DNA of 64,000 nucleotides from Nitrospinia bacterium (GTDB lineage Bacteria; Nitrospinota; Nitrospinia; Nitrospinales; JAJDAT01): NCBI GenBank assembly GCA_029261715.1, contig JAJDAT010000016.1, positions 301,885 to 365,884 of the forward strand, read 5' to 3'. Shown piece by piece: positions 57,778 to 64,000 of this stretch (position 1 is its first letter; each line of letters starts with the position of its first letter). The notes under the pieces were generated by a model. It saw only the letters and a program-made list of their open reading frames with translations, ran no database searches and was not told where the DNA came from. The position numbers and the translations under genes were made by a program.

Positions 57778-59580
57778 TTAAGCTTTGCATAATATTTTTT
57801 CGTCCTCTCCTAAATTTGGTTTTTTACCGGTTAATGGATCTTTACCATATCGGTCCAAATATAGCAGAAAATGTTCTCTAGGCATTACACCCCAGAGTTT
57901 AATGCTTTCAAAAGTTTCTTCGGCCATTTTTATACACTTATTATTTAATTCAATCGCTTCTTGCCGTGACATTCCAACATTTATCTCAAAATCTAAGTTC
58001 ATAGCCAAATCAGAATCTGGATCACTTATAATCTTAGAAATGGAATACTTCTCTGGATATTGAAAAACACTGGAGTCGCGATTTAAGAGAAAAACTCCTG
58101 GGCCAAAAGAATGAATATTTTCAATATTATCTTTTAGAAAATTGATGGTATCCATAGCTTCATCGCGCGTTTCCGTTGGAAATCCAAAAAATAAAAAAGT
58201 ATGATTCCAAATACCAGCATCGCTACTTTTTCGCAACGAGTCTCGCTCGATTTCCTGGTTAGCGCCTTTATCTATAAGAGATAAAACTCTATCGTTAGCG
58301 CTTTCCATACCAAACATCAAAAAAATGAATCCCGCTTCTTTCATTTTACGAAACAGCTCTTCATCCATAACTTTTTCAAACTTTAGTAGGGCTAAAGCTT
58401 TCAAGTCAAACCCTTGCTCCAAAATCTCGTCAGAAACATCATTTAAAGAATGAGGAGAAACCGCTTCATCTGAAAAAGTAAAATATTTGGTTTTATACTT
58501 TTCCGATAACATTTTAAGTTCGGAAACCATCTGCTTGGTTTTTTGCTTTCCATAACGGTGTCCATAAACATAACTATGAGTACAAAAAGTACATTTTCCC
58601 CAATAGCACCCTCTACTTTGCAATACAGGTAAAATAGGATATGGGGAAAGATATTTCTCCATGGGAAGCCCATCAAACGTTGGCGATGGTAATTCTTCAA
58701 AACGAAGTTCAACGCGATCTTTATTAAAGCGGACTAGTCCATTATCCAAATAAACTAGGTTTGGAGCAGTATCTAATGGTTCTTGATTCTTTAATCGAGT
58801 CAAAAGCTGGTGCAGAGGTTCTTCACCTTCAAAGGTAATTATCGAATGGCAAAAATCTTCAAAAAACTCAGGCTGTTTTTCTAACTGCCCTCCTGCAACG
58901 CTAAAGATAGGACCGCCCAACACGATATGAAGATGTGGATATTTCTGTTTAAGCATCCGAGCTAAAGTCAGCCCTGGAATAATCTGAGAAATTCCAATAA
59001 TGGAAATTCCTACAACATCATATTCTTCCCATTTTTCGGTTCCCAATAGAAATTTATCGTAAAGCCATATAAAGGGATTTGTTTCATCGTCTTTAGCCGC
59101 AAAACGAGCTCTTCTCGAAGACTCCTCCGCCCGGGTGCCGCTTTCAAACGTAGAGAGACTTAAAATAGATGGGGCATATGCATCTGACACCAGTTTTAAA
59201 GCCGATTTAATGACCATATCCGCTTGCTGGTAGATATCAAAATTGAAAAATAAGTCAGGCGTCCGCATCACCTTTTTAGCTTCTTCTACCTGAGAGATAA
59301 TCTGCTCTGAAAACTTTTTACCTGTAGCCAAAACATCCATCAAAGATTTATCTTTAAATGAGAGCGACGGCTTAGCGCGAATTAAATCAATCTTTTTATC
59401 AAGGCGAACAACCGCTTCGTCCAATACTGGCTTGGACAAGAACAGGTCGTATGATTCAATGTTAAAATCCCTTTGTTTTACATCCCAACCTTTTGATCTC
59501 AAATATGAAGTCAAATATGGCGTACTCAAATACGGTTGGGAGGGATACCACTGGCAAGGAAATATTAATAGCGTTTTCAT
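57778..59580 (-). CDS. B12-binding-domain radical SAM enzyme (paralogue 1), non-canonical CX4CX2C cluster motif
   Basis: MKTLLIFPCQWYPSQPYLSTPYLTSYL and QSRGCYWGKCTFCTH. It is collinear in domain order with the downstream paralogue. Confidence 0.85.
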   Translation of the reverse strand: MKTLLIFPCQWYPSQPYLSTPYLTSYLRSKGWDVKQRDFNIESYDLFLSKPVLDEAVVRLDKKIDLIRAKPSLSFKDKSLMDVLATGKKFSEQIISQVEEAKKVMRTPDLFFNFDIYQQADMVIKSALKLVSDAYAPSILSLSTFESGTRAEESSRRARFAAKDDETNPFIWLYDKFLLGTEKWEEYDVVGISIIGISQIIPGLTLARMLKQKYPHLHIVLGGPIFSVAGGQLEKQPEFFEDFCHSIITFEGEEPLHQLLTRLKNQEPLDTAPNLVYLDNGLVRFNKDRVELRFEELPSPTFDGLPMEKYLSPYPILPVLQSRGCYWGKCTFCTHSYVYGHRYGKQKTKQMVSELKMLSEKYKTKYFTFSDEAVSPHSLNDVSDEILEQGFDLKALALLKFEKVMDEELFRKMKEAGFIFLMFGMESANDRVLSLIDKGANQEIERDSLRKSSDAGIWNHTFLFFGFPTETRDEAMDTINFLKDNIENIHSFGPGVFLLNRDSSVFQYPEKYSISKIISDPDSDLAMNLDFEINVGMSRQEAIELNNKCIKMAEETFESIKLWGVMPREHFLLYLDRYGKDPLTGKKPNLGEDEKILCKA

Positions 59581-59655
59581 GATGATTTATAATACCATTT
59601 TTAAAGCTATAACCCAAAATTGCAGACACCAAACCAATTAAAACTTCCACTACTT

Positions 59656-59784
59656 GAAATAAATCTAACAATGTGATCGTTTTAACTTTTAGCTTACCAT
59701 CCCTATATCTAAGCAACTGATTAGAATAAATCTAACGATGTGATCGTTTTAATTTTTAGCTTACCATCCCTATGTCTGAACAAC
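59656..59784. repeat. Two tandem direct repeats of 61-62 bp (spacing 67 bp, about 91% identical over the 57-nt core), each with an internal 6-bp hairpin/palindrome
   Basis: Copy 1 is 59656-59717 and copy 2 is 59724-59784. The cores are AAATCTAAC(A/G)ATGTGATCGTTTTAA(C/T)TTTTAGCTTACCATCCCTAT(A/G)TCT. The internal AACGAT-GTG-ATCGTT is perfect in copy 2 and has one mismatch in copy 1. Confidence 0.85.
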
Positions 59785-59818
59785 AAAAAACATAATTTTT
59801 AAATTAATTAAATTTCAT

Positions 59819-59846
59819 TTGACATCAAAAACGGTCGCCGTATAAT
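59819..59846 (+). promoter_or_regulatory. Consensus sigma-70-type promoter for the NHL-repeat gene
   Basis: TTGACA (59819-59824), a 16-nt spacer, and TATAAT (59841-59846). Both hexamers are perfect consensus. The start codon lies 97 nt downstream and has an AGAGG Shine-Dalgarno sequence. The 10-mer TAAATTTCAT occurs on both sides of the promoter. Confidence 0.55.
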
Positions 59847-59942
59847 CAAAAAATTATCTAAATTTCATCTAATTTTCTACATTTCACCTTTTGTAAGGTT
59901 AGAAAATAATTTTTTGTTAAGTCTATTTAAAAGAGGTCAATA

Positions 59943-62135
59943 ATGCCTTTCAATTTTCGCTCTTTTTTTAGAAACGTCGCATTAGCGGCGTTTATTTTTT
60001 TAATAACTTTTTCTATAGCCAGCGCTAAACCATTTAAAGATGGCTCCGTTGCGACAGACGTTGAAATTTCGTTAATTGACGGAATCGCCGTCGACCAAAG
60101 CGGTAACGTTTTTCTTTCAACTCATGATCACCATGCAATTCTTAGAGTTGATAAAAAAGGAAAAATCAAACGGGTCATTGGCAATGGGATAACTGGGTTT
60201 TCTGGCGACGGCGGACCGGCTTCCAAAGCAAGGTTAAATCAACCTGCGGGACTGGTTTTCGATAAAAAGGGAAACCTTTATATAGCCGATAGGACCAACC
60301 ATCGCGTAAGAAAAGTCGATACCAATGGAATCATCACCACCGTAGCGGGAAATGGAACAGCAGGTTTTAGCGGCGACGGCGGACCGGCAACTAAAGCAAG
60401 TTTTAACCTACCTGCAGGATTGGCTTTTGATTCCAAAGGGAATTTATATATTTCCGACAGATCAAACAACCGTGTGCGTATGGTCGACACTAATGGCATC
60501 ATTAGAACAGTTGCTGGTAATGGTGGCGATCAATATAAAGGAGATAAAGGTCCTGCCACTAACGCAGAAATCAATAAACCTTTTGGGTTAGCAATCGACA
60601 AAAACGATAACTTATACATTGCTGATAGAGGAAATAATAGAATCAGAAAAGTCGATACCAATGGAATAATTACCACTCCCGCAGGCGATGGAGGTTTTTA
60701 TTTTATCGGAGATAATGGCCCCGCTTACAACGCCAGTATTGCTGGCCCCACCGGAGTGGCTGTTGACGGCGAAGGCAATCTATTTATCGCCGATAAATAT
60801 AATAATCGAGTACGAATGGTAGATACGAATGGTTTGATTCGTACTGTTGTTGGGACAGGCCAACGAGACTACAACGGCGATAGTGAATTAGCGAGAGAGA
60901 CAAATCTGAAATTTCCATTCGCACTTACTGTCGATCCAGACGGTAAACTACTAGTTGTTGACCGCTCACATTATACTGTCCGAAGAGTTGATCTCCAATC
61001 TGGATCCGTAGAAACTATTGCGGGTAATGGTAAGAAAAAATTTAAAGGAGATGGCGGACCTGCAACGGGAGCCAGCATATTTTTTCCCCATGGAATTGCG
61101 GTTGACTCTAAAGATAATGTGATTTTTTCAGACAAAGCTCATTTTAGAATTAGAAGGATAACGCCAGATGGTATGATCGACACCATCGCCGGCAGTGGTA
61201 TGCGCGGTAATTTAGGAGATGGCGGACCAGCCCTAGAAGCAGAACTATACAGCGTAACATCTCTTATTATGAATGATCAGGACGAGATATATTTTACAAA
61301 TCCTAGCGGGTTTATGAGCTTGATTCGAAAAATCGACAAAAATAATATCGTCCATTTGCTTCATACAACATCAGATAAAAAGTATTTTGAAGAAATAAAA
61401 CAATCGGGTGGATTTAGCAAACCGTCAAAATCAAATCTGGTATCTATTTCCCAGTTTTCCGATATTGCCCTTGATAAACAAGGAAATCTAATTATTCCTG
61501 ATAGTATCAACCATCAAATCCGTAAAGTTACGCCCGATGGTAAATTCACAACAATTGCAGGAAATGGCTCATCTGACTTTACTGGCGACGGTGGCCCCGC
61601 AATTAAAGCAACGTTTGCCGTTCCAGTCGCGGTAACATTGGATGAAGCAGGAAATATTTACGTAGCTGATTCAACCAATAATCGAATTAGAAAGATTGAT
61701 ACGAATGGAATTGTAACCACATTTGCAGGAAACGGAGAACACAAAGATACTGGAGATGGAGGACCGGCTATTGAAGCTGGAATTCGATCTATGACCGATT
61801 TAGCATTTAGCCCTTCTGGCGAACTTTATATTGTTGAAGCCGGCACTCATAGAATTCGAAAAATCGCAAAAGACGGCACAATAACCACAGTAGCTGGAAA
61901 AGGTTATCAAGGTTATTATGGCGACGGCGGACCAGGCGAAAAAGCTATGTTAAAAACACCTTCAGGAATTGCTTTTGATTCCAAAGGAAACGCCTATATT
62001 TCAGACTTAGGAAACAATAGGATTCGAAAACTTGACACTAACGGCATTATCTCTACTCTCGCTGGAACCGGTGGATCTTATGGCTGGGGCGAAGAAGGAG
62101 AAACTGTTGAAATTCTTTTCCACAAATTCCCATAA
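59943..62135 (+). CDS. Secreted NHL-repeat (beta-propeller) protein, about 13-14 repeats
   Basis: Signal peptide, then reiterated G(F/Y).GDGGPA..A.L..P.G(L/I)A.D..GN(L/I)YI(A/S)D..N.R(I/V)RK(V/I)D.NGII.T.AGNG units. Confidence 0.85.
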   Translation: MPFNFRSFFRNVALAAFIFLITFSIASAKPFKDGSVATDVEISLIDGIAVDQSGNVFLSTHDHHAILRVDKKGKIKRVIGNGITGFSGDGGPASKARLNQPAGLVFDKKGNLYIADRTNHRVRKVDTNGIITTVAGNGTAGFSGDGGPATKASFNLPAGLAFDSKGNLYISDRSNNRVRMVDTNGIIRTVAGNGGDQYKGDKGPATNAEINKPFGLAIDKNDNLYIADRGNNRIRKVDTNGIITTPAGDGGFYFIGDNGPAYNASIAGPTGVAVDGEGNLFIADKYNNRVRMVDTNGLIRTVVGTGQRDYNGDSELARETNLKFPFALTVDPDGKLLVVDRSHYTVRRVDLQSGSVETIAGNGKKKFKGDGGPATGASIFFPHGIAVDSKDNVIFSDKAHFRIRRITPDGMIDTIAGSGMRGNLGDGGPALEAELYSVTSLIMNDQDEIYFTNPSGFMSLIRKIDKNNIVHLLHTTSDKKYFEEIKQSGGFSKPSKSNLVSISQFSDIALDKQGNLIIPDSINHQIRKVTPDGKFTTIAGNGSSDFTGDGGPAIKATFAVPVAVTLDEAGNIYVADSTNNRIRKIDTNGIVTTFAGNGEHKDTGDGGPAIEAGIRSMTDLAFSPSGELYIVEAGTHRIRKIAKDGTITTVAGKGYQGYYGDGGPGEKAMLKTPSGIAFDSKGNAYISDLGNNRIRKLDTNGIISTLAGTGGSYGWGEEGETVEILFHKFP

Positions 62136-62212
62136 ACTGATAATTCATCAGTGAAAATTAAACAAAGCGAAATAACTTTCGCCCATAAGAATCAATTATG
62201 GAGGTTGATCTA

Positions 62213-62716
62213 ATGAAAAAATTTCTCGTCCTTTTGACGGCGGCATTGTTCTCTGGAACTATGGCATTAACACCTGCTAATGCGGCCGATACGGACGTTT
62301 TTACCAATATTTTAGAAAGTATGGACCAAACAATTTGTTCCAGCCCCAAAAAGCTGCTTCCTTTTTATAAAAAAAATGCAGTACTCATGTCCGACGAAAC
62401 GCGTATAAACCTGGAAGAACAGGTTGAAAGCTATGAGAGAATGATAGCCGAATTTGAAGAAATGAAGTGCTCCACAACACGGACTACTCTTGGCGGAAAA
62501 GTGGGAGATACAGTTGGCTATTTAATTGTTGATGAAATAGTGAATGTTTCATCCCGGTTAAGCACCGACGACAGACAACATAGTTTTTGTAATTATGTTT
62601 TCGAAAAAGAAGGCGCTCGCTGGAAAGTTGCTTTGCAACAATGCGCAAGCTTGCCAGACTATACTATTGATCCTAACGACGACGCTTTGTATTATTTTCA
62701 TAACCCCGTTTATTAG
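62213..62716 (+). CDS. Small secreted protein, unknown function (possibly NTF2/SnoaL-like fold)
   Basis: Signal peptide MKKFLVLLTAALFSGTMALTPANA. A GGAGG Shine-Dalgarno sequence lies just upstream of this ATG, so I prefer it to the ORF-track start at 62198. The fold guess rests only on size and pattern. Confidence 0.45.
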   Translation: MKKFLVLLTAALFSGTMALTPANAADTDVFTNILESMDQTICSSPKKLLPFYKKNAVLMSDETRINLEEQVESYERMIAEFEEMKCSTTRTTLGGKVGDTVGYLIVDEIVNVSSRLSTDDRQHSFCNYVFEKEGARWKVALQQCASLPDYTIDPNDDALYYFHNPVY

Positions 62717-62766
62717 AATGACCCCAATTTACGGGGCGTCTTAATTACTTTGAAAAGGACGTTCTT

Positions 62767-63069
62767 TTGGGTAATAAGATCTTCTTAAAAATAGACCGAG
62801 ATATAGAAGAACTGGTTCCCGGCTACTTAAAAAACCGACGCCTCGATATCGACAAAATATCCGATGCCCTCGATCAAGGAGATTTTGATACTGCACGTAT
62901 TTTGGGGCATGCAATGAAAGGAAATGGCAAATCCTATGGCTTCGAAGAAATTTCGAACATCGGGTTAGCCATTGAAAGTTCAGGAATCCAAAAGGATCCA
63001 GAGATCATTCGTAGCGCATTAGAAAAACTTCTGGACTATTTGAATTGTATTCACATTACTTATGAATGA
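62767..63069 (+). CDS. Stand-alone histidine phosphotransfer (Hpt) domain protein
   Basis: ARILGHAMKGNGKSYGF matches the Hpt H-x-(L/M)-K-G-x-(A/G) phospho-His motif. 100 aa, TTG start with an AAGGA Shine-Dalgarno sequence. Confidence 0.65.
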   Translation: MGNKIFLKIDRDIEELVPGYLKNRRLDIDKISDALDQGDFDTARILGHAMKGNGKSYGFEEISNIGLAIESSGIQKDPEIIRSALEKLLDYLNCIHITYE

Positions 63070-63215
63070 TTGGGCTCCCTAATTTCTTTCAGGAATATTG
63101 AAGTTATTTCTATTCCAAGGTTGTAAAAGTTTTTAAAACTGCTAAAAGTTTTAGGTAACACTTAATCAAAGACTTTAGTCTAGCGTTTTAAAAATTAAAC
63201 CTGTCAAAACTTTCT

Positions 63216-64000
63216 GTGATTATCTTTCGTCGGCTACTTCCCTTAGCATTTTTTTCCTTTTTGGCATTGATTGCTTTTTGGCCTTCAGTTCCCCCCTTTT
63301 CACAAGATACTAGTTCTGATTTCTCTCCAAAATCGTTAATACTCCCCATAGCTTCTCAACAAGATGAATTTATTGAGCCTCTAGTTAAAGAACCAATCGA
63401 GCCTTCATATTCACCTCCAATAAACTGGAGTAGTAAAACTAATGAGCAATGTGTTACCTGCCATGATGGCATCGAAGACATAAGCGATTCTCACCCACCA
63501 GAAATAGGGTGTGTTGTCTGCCATGGCGGTAATGAAAATTCACAAATAAAAGAAGAAGCGCATCTCAGCCTAATTTATGATCCTGTTTGGGGCGTCGGTA
63601 AAAAAAACCCGTCGCATATAAAATTAGCGGACAAATCTTGCGGACAAAATGGATGCCACTCCTCTTCTTACTTTCCAGACCAGAATCATGTGTCTAGACT
63701 AAAAAAATCCATGATGGGTACCTTAGCTGGCGTTATTTCAGGCCTACGCTACCAATGGGCAGCTCAAGTCCTCAAGTCAGCTCGTTATGGCGTTTATTCA
63801 GTTGAAAATTTTGATTTTCAGGATGAGGGATTGTCTTTTTTAGAACCTCTTCCATTTTTTTCTAAGACCGATTGGAGAAAAAACGCTTTAAAAAACAAAT
63901 CTTCCATTAAAAAAGGGAAATTATCACACCATATCGCTGACAACTTATTACGCAAATCCTGCTTTCAATGTCATTTGGACTCCCCTCCTCCACCCGGCAT
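63216..64000 (+). CDS. Multihaem c-type cytochrome, N-terminal part (continues beyond the right edge)
   Basis: Absent from the ORF track because there is no stop in the window. My translation from the GTG at 63216 gives VIIFRRLLPLAFFSFLALIAFWP (signal anchor). Haem motifs follow: CVTCH, CVVCH, CGQNGCH (CX4CH) and CFQCH. Confidence 0.75.
   Translation, partial: MIIFRRLLPLAFFSFLALIAFWPSVPPFSQDTSSDFSPKSLILPIASQQDEFIEPLVKEPIEPSYSPPINWSSKTNEQCVTCHDGIEDISDSHPPEIGCVVCHGGNENSQIKEEAHLSLIYDPVWGVGKKNPSHIKLADKSCGQNGCHSSSYFPDQNHVSRLKKSMMGTLAGVISGLRYQWAAQVLKSARYGVYSVENFDFQDEGLSFLEPLPFFSKTDWRKNALKNKSSIKKGKLSHHIADNLLRKSCFQCHLDSPPPPG

Noticed and set aside
59462-59716. 84-aa ORF starting in repeat copy 1 and overlapping the first radical SAM gene by about 120 nt
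   Set aside because: It has a TTG start with no Shine-Dalgarno sequence and overlaps a well-supported gene out of frame. Only its first ~20 codons, the repeat-encoded part, are of interest, and those are discussed in the findings.
59656-59784. Possible CRISPR array
   Set aside because: There are only two repeat copies, separated by about 6 nt rather than by 25-40 nt spacers. There are no cas genes in the window. This is a tandem duplication, not a CRISPR array.
1-64000. Mobile elements, prophage genes, and rRNA or tRNA genes
   Set aside because: I saw no transposase, integrase, recombinase or phage structural motifs in any long ORF, and no tRNA-like T-arm (GGTTCGAATCC-type) or rRNA-like stretches. 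The TIR gene and the GC-rich gene look inserted but carry no mobility gene or recognisable direct-repeat scars.

Overview
AT-rich (about 35-40% GC by eye), densely coding bacterial chromosomal segment. I saw no rRNA, tRNA, CRISPR array, transposase or integrase. Recognisable content, left to right:
- Envelope glycosylation genes: a TMTC/PMT-like TPR protein and a GT2 glycosyltransferase.
- A membrane-anchored polyacidic protein paired with a ParA/MinD ATPase.
- A GC-rich single-gene insert (questin-oxidase-like).
- A five-gene minus-strand operon: cytidylyltransferase, HppE-sized HTH-cupin, orphan ORF, Fe-alcohol dehydrogenase, CDP-alcohol phosphatidyltransferase. I read it as a candidate phosphonate/unusual head-group lipid pathway.
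- A TetR regulator with two copies of a perfect palindromic operator, next to a Cys-rich small protein.
- cca, an esterase, and a BtuFDC-type ABC importer.
- A lone TIR-domain gene wedged between the importer and a late-stage cobalamin operon (cobQ, cobS, cobU-bluB fusion, cobD, cbiB, cobT). That operon is interrupted by a 9x25-aa DxDxDG repeat protein and a cytochrome c.
- Housekeeping genes: dapL-like, folK, thiI, a cysteine desulfurase, ubiX, tmk, msrB, coaX, malic enzyme.
- A haem-c (DUF3365-type) sensor chemoreceptor plus a stand-alone paralogous sensor domain.
- Several TPR fusion proteins.
- A cNMP-binding protein followed by two pentapeptide-repeat proteins.
- Two tandem B12-binding radical SAM paralogues with a non-canonical CX4CX2C motif, preceded by a tandem direct repeat (67-bp spacing).
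- An NHL-repeat protein, an Hpt protein, and the start of a multihaem cytochrome.

The most promising candidates for new biology are the phosphonate-like head-group operon, the TIR insertion, the radical SAM pair with its upstream repeat, and the polyacidic protein/ParA pair. All functional calls come from motif recognition by eye. No database search was run.
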